Source of the DNA: an uncultured Bacillota bacterium
GTDB lineage: Bacteria; Bacillota_I; Bacilli_A; RF39; UBA660
DNA: 64,000 nucleotides
Reading direction: 5' to 3'
NCBI GenBank assembly: GCA_946617625.1
Contig: CAMOKF010000001.1
Span: 22,064 to 86,063 of the forward strand
Below, one piece after another: positions 47,664 to 57,103 of the stretch. Both the position numbers and the translations under genes were made by a program. How positions within the stretch are numbered: position 1 is the first letter of the stretch; each line of letters begins with the position of its first letter. A model generated the notes under the pieces. The model did no database searches, was not told the DNA's origin, and saw nothing but the letters and a program-made list of their open reading frames with translations.

Positions 47664-48161
47664 TTACTCCTCCACTCCAAATATATATTTTTTAATTCTA
47701 TTTTCGCCGACCTTCTCTATTGCTTTTTCCATAATTTCTTTTGTTTCAAAATATATACTATCTCTTTGTATCCAATGACTTATACAATAACCAATTTCAT
47801 TCATACTGTGACTATATGTAATAGTATAGTTATTTTGGTTTCTATCTTCCCAGTTAGGTTCAAATGCGAACTCTTTTAGTTCTGCAATAACTTTTAATCT
47901 CTCAACTTCAAACTCTGCTTCTTCTTTAGTTTTGAAACAGTTGCCAATACTAATTATATTTTTGTAATATGTGCCGTCATCGTTGTAACTACGAATAGCT
48001 TCTCCATCAGAATCGATATAATAATATTGTTCGTTCCGTTCGGGTATCCATCTGCCTTCTGTCTTATTAAGTTGTTCCTCCAGATTGTTTATAGTTTCCT
48101 GTAATTCTGTTATCTGTTCTTTTGCTTCCTTGATTTTGTTTTTAATTTTCTTTTTATTCAT
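47664..48161 (-). CDS. hypothetical protein
   Basis: ORF in minus-strand array. Confidence 0.45.
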   Translation of the reverse strand: MNKKKIKNKIKEAKEQITELQETINNLEEQLNKTEGRWIPERNEQYYYIDSDGEAIRSYNDDGTYYKNIISIGNCFKTKEEAEFEVERLKVIAELKEFAFEPNWEDRNQNNYTITYSHSMNEIGYCISHWIQRDSIYFETKEIMEKAIEKVGENRIKKYIFGVEE

Positions 48162-48519
48162 CTTCTATCTCCTTATCTTTTGTTAGTGCATTATTATGTC
48201 TTAACTCATATAATGCTTTAATTCTTTTATCATCATAACCTAAATCGTGTAGAACACCTTTAGCCTCTTTTAGTTCTTGTTTTGTTTCATCTAATTGTTT
48301 TTCTGTTGACTCTAACTGTTCATACATAATAGCTTCTTGTGGAGTACTAAATGTTTCTATATAGCACTTTTTACAAAAGTATTCTATGGTAGGTTCTATA
48401 TGAATAGTTGCTCCATTTACATAATCAGGAGCTGGTTGAATAGCACTAGTTCCATAAATATCATTTGTATTTAATTCTTTATGACAACCGCTGCAATATA
48501 TTTTTTCGTTAATATGCAT
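48154..48519 (-). CDS. hypothetical zinc-ribbon/coiled-coil protein
   Basis: CSGC...CKKC. Confidence 0.4.
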   Translation of the reverse strand: MHINEKIYCSGCHKELNTNDIYGTSAIQPAPDYVNGATIHIEPTIEYFCKKCYIETFSTPQEAIMYEQLESTEKQLDETKQELKEAKGVLHDLGYDDKRIKALYELRHNNALTKDKEIEDE

Positions 48520-48836
48520 TATTGTTTATCTCCCTCATTTAAATATTCTATTTCTTCTTGTAAGCTTAGAATCTCATTTTCATATGAATCAATTTCTTCA
48601 TATAAATCGCGGTTTTCTTCTTCTAGTGCAGAAATTTTTTCCTCTAACATTTCTATATTTTGCATATCGTGTATAGCTTTGTCTAGAGATTTTATAATTT
48701 TTTGACTACTGCAAGTTACGTTACTTTTTCTGTCTTTTAAATTTTTATTCCACGCATCTTCTTCTAATTTTAAATATTTTATGTGTTCTTTTATTATATT
48801 AATAGTGACTTCTTGTTCTTTGCTTAATGTACTCAT
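48519..48836 (-). CDS. hypothetical coiled-coil protein
   Basis: ORF in minus-strand array. Confidence 0.4.
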   Translation of the reverse strand: MSTLSKEQEVTINIIKEHIKYLKLEEDAWNKNLKDRKSNVTCSSQKIIKSLDKAIHDMQNIEMLEEKISALEEENRDLYEEIDSYENEILSLQEEIEYLNEGDKQ

Positions 48837-48841
48837 TTTTA

Positions 48842-49210
48842 TTATCCTTCTTTCTTTAAAAATCTAAACTCTGTCTTGCACAAATGACAATAGTATGTAT
48901 TATCTTTTATTTTTTCTAATAGTATTTTATTTGTATGTCTCGTTTTATTACATACAGGACAAGATTTAACCTCTTTTGCATCTAATTTTTCTAAATACTT
49001 AAACAACTCTGATAATTCCAGTTTTAAAACCTCTGCACTCTTTCTAAAAATATTAAATCTTATATCGGCATCTTCTCTGGCTCTACCTTTTGTATGTCTT
49101 TTTATGTAACCATTAGTAGTACCAATTCTTTTTTCAAAATCTTCTAAAGTAAACCCTCGCATTTTAGCAAGAATTATTAAATTTTCCATTAGTTTATAGT
49201 TTGGTATCAT
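48842..49210 (-). CDS. hypothetical protein (HTH-like N-terminus, zinc finger)
   Basis: CPVC...CHLC. Confidence 0.4.
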   Translation of the reverse strand: MIPNYKLMENLIILAKMRGFTLEDFEKRIGTTNGYIKRHTKGRAREDADIRFNIFRKSAEVLKLELSELFKYLEKLDAKEVKSCPVCNKTRHTNKILLEKIKDNTYYCHLCKTEFRFLKKEG

Positions 49211-49213
49211 AAC

Positions 49214-49516
49214 TTACTCCTCTACTTCCATTATTTCTCCACAATTCTCACAAATATCTTCTGTTCCATCACTACTAATTATGCCACAATTACTACAACG
49301 ATAATAAGGTGCTTCATCTTCATCTGCACTATAAAGCCACTTTGCTTTCGGTGTCTCTAACTCGTCTAACATAGATAAAATTACAACTAATTTTTCTATT
49401 ATTTCACCAGTGTATGTTTCCCCTATAATTTCACCTTTATTGTTATAAACATACTTGTTTAAATTTGTGGCTTTTATTGCTTTCTTAACATACTCTTTTA
49501 TCTCTGCTACTGTCAT
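49214..49516 (-). CDS. hypothetical zinc-ribbon protein
   Basis: CSNCG...CENCG. Confidence 0.4.
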   Translation of the reverse strand: MTVAEIKEYVKKAIKATNLNKYVYNNKGEIIGETYTGEIIEKLVVILSMLDELETPKAKWLYSADEDEAPYYRCSNCGIISSDGTEDICENCGEIMEVEE

Positions 49517-49534
49517 ATCTATTCACTCTCCTTA

Positions 49535-49732
49535 TCATCTAAGTATTATCCTATTATCTATGTAATAATCTAAACCTAAAAAATCATAAAGTTGTTTTAA
49601 GCAATTTTCACACAAAAAGTATTTCTTACACACATAACCTTTTGCCCATAATCGCCTATTGACGTCTAAATCAACACAGCCCATATCAACTCTACGTTCT
49701 ACTATTCCACATCTTTCACATCTTTTTCTCAT
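49535..49732 (-). CDS. hypothetical zinc-ribbon protein
   Basis: CERCG...CENC. Confidence 0.4.
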   Translation of the reverse strand: MRKRCERCGIVERRVDMGCVDLDVNRRLWAKGYVCKKYFLCENCLKQLYDFLGLDYYIDNRIILR

Positions 49733-50087
49733 TCTTCATCACTCCCCCCCCATTCATTGTTTCATCATAAACTCTTCTACCACATTCTGGACAATATTTA
49801 AGTTCATATTGATAATGTAATTCTTCTCCATCGTCTTCATCAATTTCTACTCTTACCCATTCCATTAAATGTAAACCACATTTTCTACAAACAAATTCGT
49901 CAACTTCGTTGTATCTTTGATTTACATTTTCTGTAAAAATATCTTCTTTTGCTATATCAACTATTACCCATTTTGGTATACTTTTAATATCTTGATAATT
50001 AGATATTCTTCCTGTCTCATATTTTTTTAATTTTATCTTTCTTTTTAGATGGATAGTTTTTAGCAGAATTACCTGCACTATAGCCAC
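49716..50087 (-). CDS. hypothetical zinc-ribbon protein
   Basis: CRKCG...CPECG. Confidence 0.4.
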   Translation of the reverse strand: MAIVQVILLKTIHLKRKIKLKKYETGRISNYQDIKSIPKWVIVDIAKEDIFTENVNQRYNEVDEFVCRKCGLHLMEWVRVEIDEDDGEELHYQYELKYCPECGRRVYDETMNGGGVMKNEKKM

Positions 50088-50132
50088 TTCTATATATTTC
50101 CCACTCTCTATCTGTTCTTAAGTCTTCTCGTT

Positions 50133-50300
50133 TCATTCTTCATCACCTTCCTCTATTTCTTTATCAAGCCAGTCTAATAACTCATAAGAATTTTTCCATT
50201 CTTCATCGACATAAACCATACCCGTATCTTCGCCTATCTCATATAAAAATCTGCATAAATCTCTATTATTCATTTTTCTAATTTTATCGCCATTCGTCAT
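50133..50300 (-). CDS. hypothetical small acidic protein (not in track)
   Basis: ATG with SD AAGGAGTGA; MTNGDKIRKMNNRDLCRFLYEIGEDTG... Confidence 0.35.
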   Translation of the reverse strand: MTNGDKIRKMNNRDLCRFLYEIGEDTGMVYVDEEWKNSYELLDWLDKEIEEGDEE

Positions 50301-50318
50301 TCTTTATCACTCCTTATC

Positions 50319-50549
50319 TTAAAAATATTTTGTTGTCCACGCATCTGGTCTATCAACTATTAAATCTATAAATTCCTTAACATCTTCTACGCTAGTTATA
50401 GGTTTATATACATAATGTTGATAAATCGGCATAATCGTTCCGTTTTTAATAGCCTTTATTGAAAAATGTCCTGCGTGATTTCCGAGAGTCATCATTTTTT
50501 GTGAAAATTTATAATTTCTGTACTCGTACTCTTTTATGTAATCTTTCAC
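50319..50549 (-). CDS. hypothetical protein
   Basis: GTG start overlapping upstream stop (GTGA). Confidence 0.4.
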   Translation of the reverse strand: MKDYIKEYEYRNYKFSQKMMTLGNHAGHFSIKAIKNGTIMPIYQHYVYKPITSVEDVKEFIDLIVDRPDAWTTKYF

Positions 50550-50713
50550 TCTTTATCACTCCCTTGTTCTAATTCATCTAACATTTCCCATATTGTATAT
50601 AATTTGTTTCTTGCATAGCACAGGTTTCCAACATACATTATTTGTGTATGGTCTAATGTAAATGAAACTAATTCTTTTATTTCTTTTATCTTTTTTGCTT
50701 CTTCTCTAGTCAT
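50546..50713 (-). CDS. hypothetical small protein (not in track)
   Basis: MTREEAKKIKEIKELVSFTLDHTQIMYVGNLCYARNK...; start overlaps upstream stop (ATGACTAG). Confidence 0.3.
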   Translation of the reverse strand: MTREEAKKIKEIKELVSFTLDHTQIMYVGNLCYARNKLYTIWEMLDELEQGSDKE

Positions 50714-50831
50714 TCTTCATAATGCCTCTTTTTCTTTTTCTCATAAACCTAATTGCAAGTCTATTTATATCCAACATATTTAAGTTCTCCCACCATAATT
50801 CTTTAGCCTTTTTAATCTTATCATAATTCAT
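50706..50831 (-). CDS. hypothetical small basic protein (not in track)
   Basis: MNYDKIKKAKELWWENLNMLDINRLAIRFMRKRKRGIMKND; ATG overlaps upstream stop (ATGA). Confidence 0.3.
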   Translation of the reverse strand: MNYDKIKKAKELWWENLNMLDINRLAIRFMRKRKRGIMKND

Positions 50832-51100
50832 CTTTTATTCTCCTTTTCGTAATCAACTTCAAAAATCATTTTGTCATAATCTATATAATCTCCGTCAATA
50901 ACTAATTTTGGTATGGTGTGGTAAAATTCAATTTTGGTTTTATCATCTAACCACACATCATCTGCTAAATCAATTCGTGTAGGTTTATCATCTAGTTCAG
51001 CAATAATTCTATTGTCCTTAAAAAATTGTATTTTACATACTCCTATATCTTCTAGTTTTCCAAATACTTTTAATGCGTCTATTGTTGCTTTATCGCTCAT
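50828..51100 (-). CDS. hypothetical protein
   Basis: ORF in minus-strand array. Confidence 0.45.
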   Translation of the reverse strand: MSDKATIDALKVFGKLEDIGVCKIQFFKDNRIIAELDDKPTRIDLADDVWLDDKTKIEFYHTIPKLVIDGDYIDYDKMIFEVDYEKENKR

Positions 51101-51127
51101 TCTCCATCATTCCTTTATATACTTAAT

Positions 51128-51340
51128 CTATTTTTTCAAGTCTGTTGTAAATCCATAAGTTATTCTTGGGAAGTTATTATCATACTCATAATCTTTACAG
51201 TCTTTAGCATAAGTAATAGTATCTTCAATAACTTCTCCATCATAGTATTCATCGGCATCCCAATGACATAATACTTTCCCATCATCAGTTAAACAATTTC
51301 CCCATTTACAAAAATGACAATCTCTTTTAAATTCATTCAT
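51128..51340 (-). CDS. hypothetical Cys-rich protein
   Basis: CHFCKWGNC...C. Confidence 0.4.
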   Translation of the reverse strand: MNEFKRDCHFCKWGNCLTDDGKVLCHWDADEYYDGEVIEDTITYAKDCKDYEYDNNFPRITYGFTTDLKK

Positions 51341-51439
51341 TCTTCGTCACTCCCATAAATTAATATTTAATAATTTCGCCAATTGTTCTATCTGTTCTAA
51401 TATTTCTTTATAATTTTTTATTACTCTATAATTCAAATT

Positions 51440-51670
51440 TCATCGCTCCTTAACTTTTTGTATTATATAATCTTTCATTTCTTCTAAACACTTATCACAC
51501 AGCATAAGCTCTCGTCTATTAAAAGATGTTTTAAGTTTATATTTTTTAGTATATGTAATAAAACTTTTGTATTTAATTGTGTTAATTTGATTTTTATTTT
51601 TTCTATAGAATTTGCGTTCACAAATATCACACTGATAATATACTTCTTTAGGTTGAACACATTTACCCAT
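51440..51670 (-). CDS. hypothetical zinc-ribbon protein
   Basis: CDICERK...CDKC. Confidence 0.4.
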   Translation of the reverse strand: MGKCVQPKEVYYQCDICERKFYRKNKNQINTIKYKSFITYTKKYKLKTSFNRRELMLCDKCLEEMKDYIIQKVKER

Positions 51671-51687
51671 TTTATATCAACTCCTTT

Positions 51688-52035
51688 CTATTCTTTATCT
51701 GAATATAGTGGGTCACTTGAACAACATAATCCTGTAAGTTCTTTTTTGCATTTTGGACATATAACACTTAATGCTGTACCTAATTCTGTTTTAGTAAAAA
51801 TATAATCTATATATCTATTTCTACATTCCATATTATGTTCTGTTTCCCATTCAAGTATTTTTTCTTCGCTTTTTTCACTAATAGCAAAACCTCTATAGAT
51901 ATAATCGCAAAGTAAATCTTCAGTTGTTTGTTTTTCCTTTTTAAGATTTTTTATGCGTTCTTGCCAATATTCTATTGTAGATTCAGCCTTCTTAATCTCT
52001 TCATCGATATTCATAATTGTTTTTGTAGGTAACAC
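51688..52035 (-). CDS. hypothetical zinc-ribbon protein
   Basis: CPKCKKELTGLCC. Confidence 0.4.
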   Translation of the reverse strand: MLPTKTIMNIDEEIKKAESTIEYWQERIKNLKKEKQTTEDLLCDYIYRGFAISEKSEEKILEWETEHNMECRNRYIDYIFTKTELGTALSVICPKCKKELTGLCCSSDPLYSDKE

Positions 52036-52047
52036 TTTTATTCCTCC

Positions 52048-52329
52048 CTAAACTGTTATTTTATTAGGTGTCCCTAGAATACAGTGACATATTCCACTTC
52101 CACCATTACTAGGATGATTAGAACAGGTCTTACAAGGTTCTGGTATAAAACTTTCTGTACGATTATAATCATATTCAAGTGTTTTATATCTATACCAATT
52201 AGGTTCTATATAATCTAGTTTTTTATTTATCTTATTCAGCTCTTCATATAAATTATTAATTTCTTTATGTAATTTATCTATTTGTTTATCATATTCTTTT
52301 CTACTTACAAATAATTTATTAAACATCAT
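52048..52329 (-). CDS. hypothetical Cys-rich protein
   Basis: Internal ATGATG start chosen to avoid 83-nt overlap; CKTC...CHC. Confidence 0.4.
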   Translation of the reverse strand: MMFNKLFVSRKEYDKQIDKLHKEINNLYEELNKINKKLDYIEPNWYRYKTLEYDYNRTESFIPEPCKTCSNHPSNGGSGICHCILGTPNKITV

Positions 52330-52636
52330 AATCTCCTTTATATGGTATAAATATATTACTACTGAGAACTCTTTTATCAGTCCAGTTTTTACTATGACCA
52401 TATACCAATGTATATTTAATATCAGGATTTCTAACTTCTAATGTTTTATAATCTACTTCTACCCACAACTTTTTACCATCTTTAGTTACTTCTCCTGTAG
52501 GTAGTGCATAAATATATCCAAAATAACCACCATATCTATCTCGTAGTTTATTTACTCCTTCATCATATATAGGACCAAATCTAGTGTGTGGTCTACTCGG
52601 CTTTTTCTTTTTAAATAATTTTTTAAGTATTTTCAT
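52319..52636 (-). CDS. hypothetical protein
   Basis: ORF in minus-strand array. Confidence 0.4.
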   Translation of the reverse strand: MKILKKLFKKKKPSRPHTRFGPIYDEGVNKLRDRYGGYFGYIYALPTGEVTKDGKKLWVEVDYKTLEVRNPDIKYTLVYGHSKNWTDKRVLSSNIFIPYKGDYDV

Positions 52637-52648
52637 AATTATTTATCC

Positions 52649-52840
52649 TTATCTATTATACCAAATTACAAAATGTGTGTCTGACTTACTCCTTAAAAAA
52701 TTTATATCTTCAATATCATTAATATATGATATATTTTTAGTATTGTTGAAAGATACTAATTTTCCATAACCATCATAATTTATAATACCTCCACACTCTA
52801 CGTGTTCTATCATTTTTTCTATTAGCATTTTTTTCACCAA
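52649..52840 (-). CDS. hypothetical protein
   Basis: ORF in minus-strand array. Confidence 0.4.
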   Translation of the reverse strand: MVKKMLIEKMIEHVECGGIINYDGYGKLVSFNNTKNISYINDIEDINFLRSKSDTHFVIWYNR

Positions 52841-52898
52841 TATCTTCTTGATAATAATTTAATATTCTTAATTTATCTTTTCTTTTCATAATATATAC

Positions 52899-53186
52899 CT
52901 ACCATAAATCTTCTGAAAATAATTCAGTTTGTTTTTTCTCATAATATCTATCTCTAACTCTTTTATTAACTTGTCCAATAGTAACTGCGTGAGCTATTGC
53001 TTCTTCTCTAGTTAAAAATCTATTATCGTGAGTCATAAAACCTTGTTCTATCTCTTCATAACCTTTTTTAGGTTCAAAACCTAATTCACTTAATTGTGAA
53101 AAACAATCTCTGTGTCTTACTCCACACAATATTGTTTCTTGATTAGTTTTTTCTATTTTAAATTTAATTGATGCACATACAATCAC
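52899..53186 (-). CDS. hypothetical protein
   Basis: ORF in minus-strand array. Confidence 0.4.
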   Translation of the reverse strand: MIVCASIKFKIEKTNQETILCGVRHRDCFSQLSELGFEPKKGYEEIEQGFMTHDNRFLTREEAIAHAVTIGQVNKRVRDRYYEKKQTELFSEDLW

Positions 53187-53503
53187 TATTCTACTATCTC
53201 CGTTATTATTTCTTTGATATTATCATTTTTAATATAGATTGAATCTCCACCCTCTATGATAACAACAAAATTGTTTAAGTCTTTAATTCCGTCTACACCA
53301 AGAAAGTTTCTTGTACTTACATAATCATTTACTGCAAAATCAAACTGTGGAGAATCAAAAATAATTTTAACATCTAATTTAGTTTTATGATTTAAAATCG
53401 TTTCTTTTAATTCTTCTAGATGTTCTTTAGGTGTTTTACCACTAGATAAATCATTTGCAATTTTATCTTCTATTATTCCTATTAATGTTGCTGTTAGTAT
53501 CAA
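53186..53503 (-). CDS. hypothetical protein
   Basis: ORF in minus-strand array. Confidence 0.4.
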   Translation of the reverse strand: MILTATLIGIIEDKIANDLSSGKTPKEHLEELKETILNHKTKLDVKIIFDSPQFDFAVNDYVSTRNFLGVDGIKDLNNFVVIIEGGDSIYIKNDNIKEIITEIVE

Positions 53504-53904
53504 AGTTCTTCTCCTTCTATAACATCGAGTTCTTTAATTGAATCTCTTAAATCTAGTACCTTTATTGCACCTGTCAGATATATTAAACCATCCATACCAT
53601 CTTTTGACGGTGTAAATTTTATTAGTCCTTGTTCTAATAGTTCTAGTCCTATGTTTTCAGCAACCTGTTCTTTTGTAAAATCAACTATACCTGTAGTATC
53701 TTTTCTTATAGGAACTATGTGTTTGTTTTGTACATCTACAACTTTAACTTGTTTCTTTGTAACTTCACAGTAGTTATTCCATTGTTTAAATGGGTCATAG
53801 TCAAAGTTTTTACTTTTCTTTTTTAATTTTCTTTCATATAAAAAATTTTTAATCTTCTTCTTTATATTCATTTCTCTCCTTTGTTTGAACTTTACCTGAT
53901 ACAT
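53500..53904 (-). CDS. hypothetical protein
   Basis: ORF in minus-strand array. Confidence 0.45.
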   Translation of the reverse strand: MYQVKFKQRREMNIKKKIKNFLYERKLKKKSKNFDYDPFKQWNNYCEVTKKQVKVVDVQNKHIVPIRKDTTGIVDFTKEQVAENIGLELLEQGLIKFTPSKDGMDGLIYLTGAIKVLDLRDSIKELDVIEGEEL

Positions 53905-54025
53905 ATGTTTTCATCTCGTAAAAACAAGACTGACATATTATATATTTATCAGTTGCCCAACCTTCACTTGTTATGTGTGAGTGGTATCTAATTTTAAACT
54001 TTCTTAATCCACCCCAATCACATCA

Positions 54026-54088
54026 GTCAAAAAATTTTCTTCTACAAAAATCACAAGAATAATATTTACGACTTCTATGTTTTGACAT
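54026..54088 (-). CDS. hypothetical zinc-ribbon peptide truncated by in-frame TGA (21 codons; second CxxC knuckle lies after the stop)
   Basis: SD TAGGAGAATAACA-ATG; MSKHRSRKYYSCDFCRRKFFD-TGA-CDWGGL...IICQSCFYEM in the same frame. Confidence 0.3.
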
Positions 54089-54187
54089 TGTTATTCTCCT
54101 ATAATTCTATTCCTAATAAATCTAATAATTCTTCTAACTGTCTTAATTTCTCTTTATAATTATATATTGGTCTAATTCTCATTATTA

Positions 54188-54424
54188 TTACTCCTTCTCA
54201 TCTTCGACATTAAAATACTGTTCATCAATCGTATTTGGAATACGACTAATAGTTAATTTCATACCTTTTTTATTTTCTGTGTCTATTTCTAACTGGTCTA
54301 TATTCTCTAAAATATAAACTACGTCATCTAATGCACGTATTTCACTATCTCGTATGATGTATGATGCTTTTAGACTATATGATTTCTCTTCTGTTAAGTT
54401 ACTTTTGTATTTTTTAATCAACAT
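54188..54424 (-). CDS. hypothetical protein
   Basis: ORF in minus-strand array. Confidence 0.4.
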   Translation of the reverse strand: MLIKKYKSNLTEEKSYSLKASYIIRDSEIRALDDVVYILENIDQLEIDTENKKGMKLTISRIPNTIDEQYFNVEDEKE

Positions 54425-54488
54425 ACTCTCTAATACATTTTTTTATTCTGAATAAATCATCTCTATTAATTATCATATTTATTCTCCT

Positions 54489-54854
54489 TTAATACATAAA
54501 ATGTTCTAAATTTATAATTCCTTTTTTGGTAATAAATTGTTTTGGTATACATATACTTTTTAATTGGTGTGGTGGATGTGGAATACCGTGTCTTTCAAAA
54601 TGTTTAAGTCTTGAATAATACTTTGGATTATAAAAGTTTTCTTCAACTGCTGACATCGATTCCATTTGTGTGATTGAATAAGCAAAATTTATACAACAAT
54701 TTTTAAGTTCATCTACCCACCAAGTTTCTATTACTGTATCATCGCCTAAACTTGGATAAATATAAGTACAATTTTCTGCATTTTTAAGTTTCTTTTTAGT
54801 AGGGTTACATTCTAATACACCATCAATTACAACCCATTGTTTCTTATTTGACAT
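54489..54854 (-). CDS. hypothetical protein
   Basis: ORF in minus-strand array. Confidence 0.45.
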   Translation of the reverse strand: MSNKKQWVVIDGVLECNPTKKKLKNAENCTYIYPSLGDDTVIETWWVDELKNCCINFAYSITQMESMSAVEENFYNPKYYSRLKHFERHGIPHPPHQLKSICIPKQFITKKGIINLEHFMY

Positions 54855-54918
54855 AAATAGTTTAATCCTTTAAATTATATTCTATTATTTTATAAATAGT
54901 CTTAAATGTATTTTAATA

Positions 54919-55182
54919 TTACTTACTACTATTGAATAAATCTAGTTGTATTTTTCTTAACTTACTATTTGTTTCAGCTAAATCATTATCGAATGAATCA
55001 ATTATTTCAAGGTATTCTCCACCTTCTTCTTCATCTTCGATAACTAATTCTGCCCAAACACATAAACGGTTTTCTTTGAGTTTATTGAAAAGATTTCTTG
55101 CTTTTCTTTTAGTTAAATCACATTCACAGTTAATATATGGACCATTTCCATCCTTATCATAATCACAATATCTAACTCTCAT
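54919..55182 (-). CDS. hypothetical protein
   Basis: ORF in minus-strand array. Confidence 0.4.
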   Translation of the reverse strand: MRVRYCDYDKDGNGPYINCECDLTKRKARNLFNKLKENRLCVWAELVIEDEEEGGEYLEIIDSFDNDLAETNSKLRKIQLDLFNSSK

Positions 55183-55216
55183 AATTACTCCTTTTTGTAT
55201 TTATAATTATTATACA

Positions 55217-55711
55217 CTAACTCCAACCAATTGACCATCTTGCAATTCCAACTGACCAACTTCCCGTGTCTTTACAATCAGTTTTCCAACCATATTTTAG
55301 TTTTTTAAGTGTTACTAGTTCTCTATTTTGATTACTCCATAGATTAGTTTCAGTTCCTTGATATGGAGCATCTGCTTTTGCATCTAATCGTCTTACAACT
55401 ATTTTCTTATCACTAATAACTTTAACTATCTCATATGGATAACAATCTGTGAATGGAGAATATGTAACTCCCATTCCGACTACAGGTGTAATCTCTTCGT
55501 CATTCTCTAACTTATCTAGAATTTCATCGTGGTCATAGTTGAAAAATCTTCTCTTATTATCGTTTTCATCATCAAACAAATAATCTATAACTTCCATATA
55601 TTCATCTTCATTATTAAATCTTTCAGTATTTACTACTTCAGCAATAGATTCATCTTTGTTCAAATCATACTTAATGATAAAATTCATAAATTCTTTTTGT
55701 TTGTTTGTCAT
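55217..55711 (-). CDS. hypothetical protein
   Basis: First ORF after promoter 55740..55768. Confidence 0.45.
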   Translation of the reverse strand: MTNKQKEFMNFIIKYDLNKDESIAEVVNTERFNNEDEYMEVIDYLFDDENDNKRRFFNYDHDEILDKLENDEEITPVVGMGVTYSPFTDCYPYEIVKVISDKKIVVRRLDAKADAPYQGTETNLWSNQNRELVTLKKLKYGWKTDCKDTGSWSVGIARWSIGWS

Positions 55712-55739
55712 AATATATAACCTCCTTTTTTATTATGTA

Positions 55740-55768
55740 TATATTATAACACATATTATTAATTTTGT
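55740..55768 (-). promoter_or_regulatory. sigma-A-type promoter (no palindrome)
   Basis: Minus strand TTTACAAAATTAATAATATGTGTTATAAT; 17-nt spacer; TGn. Confidence 0.55.
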
Positions 55769-55778
55769 AAATACTTTT

Positions 55779-56012
55779 TTAATAACCTTCAAATTCAGGT
55801 TCTTCTTCATTATTCGATTCTTTATCATTTTTGATTACTTGTTTCATTCTAAATCCATAAGATTTATTGTAATCAGACTCATCAAATATTTTTCTTATAC
55901 TGTTAAGATATTCTTCATCTTCATACTTTTCTTTAGTTAGATATACAATAGGAATACTTCCATCTATCTCTACATCTAAACCCTTTTCTTTTAAAACTTC
56001 AATAATATCCAT
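55779..56012 (-). CDS. hypothetical protein, paralogue of 59646..60011
   Basis: Shared EEYLNxIR...SYGFR core; SD AAAGGAGGAATAAA before ATG. Confidence 0.5.
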   Translation of the reverse strand: MDIIEVLKEKGLDVEIDGSIPIVYLTKEKYEDEEYLNSIRKIFDESDYNKSYGFRMKQVIKNDKESNNEEEPEFEGY

Positions 56013-56052
56013 TTTATTCCTCCTTTATATTTTTATTATTTATTATATAAAT

Positions 56053-56081
56053 ATTATACCATAAAATTAATGATTTGTAAA
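56053..56081 (-). promoter_or_regulatory. sigma-A-type promoter (no palindrome)
   Basis: Minus strand TTTACAAATCATTAATTTTATGGTATAAT. Confidence 0.55.
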
Positions 56082-56092
56082 TACTTTTTTAA

Positions 56093-56129
56093 TAAAAAAT
56101 TAGAGCATTATTTTATTAATGCTCTATAT
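56093..56129 (-). terminator. rho-independent terminator
   Basis: Minus strand TAGAGCATTA-ATAAAA-TAATGCTCTA (10-bp stem) followed by ATTTTTTATT. Confidence 0.6.
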
Positions 56130-56132
56130 AAA

Positions 56133-56402
56133 TTAACCTAAAAGTCTTTTTGTCTTATTATTATTTTTCTTCTTTATTTTATTTTTAATTCTATTTATAC
56201 TCAAAATAATTATAGCAATAATAAGTAATGTGATAATAGTTAATATTATACAGGATAAAACAAACTGAAATAAAAATATACCCCTAGTATTTGAGAATAT
56301 TAAGACATTATACTTCACTAGAAGGTGAGTGATTAGTATACTACACAACCATACTTGAATAAATAATAATAGTTTATAAATAAAATTATCTTCTTTCATC
56401 AT
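56133..56402 (-). CDS. hypothetical membrane protein
   Basis: Two TM segments, basic C-terminus KIKKKNNNKTKRLLG. Confidence 0.45.
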   Translation of the reverse strand: MMKEDNFIYKLLLFIQVWLCSILITHLLVKYNVLIFSNTRGIFLFQFVLSCIILTIITLLIIAIIILSINRIKNKIKKKNNNKTKRLLG

Positions 56403-56794
56403 ACATCAATACTCCTTAAATATTTTATTCTAATAAGGTCTAAATATTCCCTTGGATTCTCTTCAAAGGTTATTGTTTCTGTCCACCTTTTTTCTTCATC
56501 ATAATCTTCTACTTGCACCATTTCTAATTGTGGCACTCTGTTTTCATCTATGCCTTTATCTATAAGTTCTCTATGACTTCCGTAATATTTAAATGGTTTA
56601 TATCTCTCAACTTCTAAAGGCTTAAAGCCTTTCTTCTTGGCTATCTCTAGCAATTCTTTATCTAAATACTCGACTTTTTTAAGTTTAGTAATTTGCTCTT
56701 TTAGGTCTTCATTTTCTTTCTTTTGATATTTGATTTCTTTATCTAGTTTTATGAGCATATTTTCTAATTGTTTTATATATTTTCGTTTACGCAT
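56399..56794 (-). CDS. hypothetical protein
   Basis: ORF in minus-strand array. Confidence 0.45.
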   Translation of the reverse strand: MRKRKYIKQLENMLIKLDKEIKYQKKENEDLKEQITKLKKVEYLDKELLEIAKKKGFKPLEVERYKPFKYYGSHRELIDKGIDENRVPQLEMVQVEDYDEEKRWTETITFEENPREYLDLIRIKYLRSIDV

Positions 56795-56836
56795 TTTTAT
56801 TCTCCTTTGACTCAGTATCTTCTGATTGTAACTTAT

Positions 56837-57088
56837 CTAGCATAGACAAAACTTCTCGCAATACTTCGTCTGCTTTTTCTTTGCGTTTGGTGCTAACATA
56901 TTATCAATTTTTACTTTGCTATCTTGTATGTAATTTTTTATATCTGTTACTACTATTTCTTGATAAATGATATAATCTATTAAAACATTTGTCACTTCGC
57001 AAATTGCATTTGCTTGTATTCCTGTTTCACATTCTGCTAGTGCTTGTTGTAATTTATTTTTATATTTTTTCTTGAATTTATCTGTCAT
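56837..57088 (-). CDS. hypothetical protein
   Basis: ORF in minus-strand array. Confidence 0.4.
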   Translation of the reverse strand: MTDKFKKKYKNKLQQALAECETGIQANAICEVTNVLIDYIIYQEIVVTDIKNYIQDSKVKIDNMLAPNAKKKQTKYCEKFCLC

Positions 57089-57103
57089 AAATCTAACTCC
57101 TTT

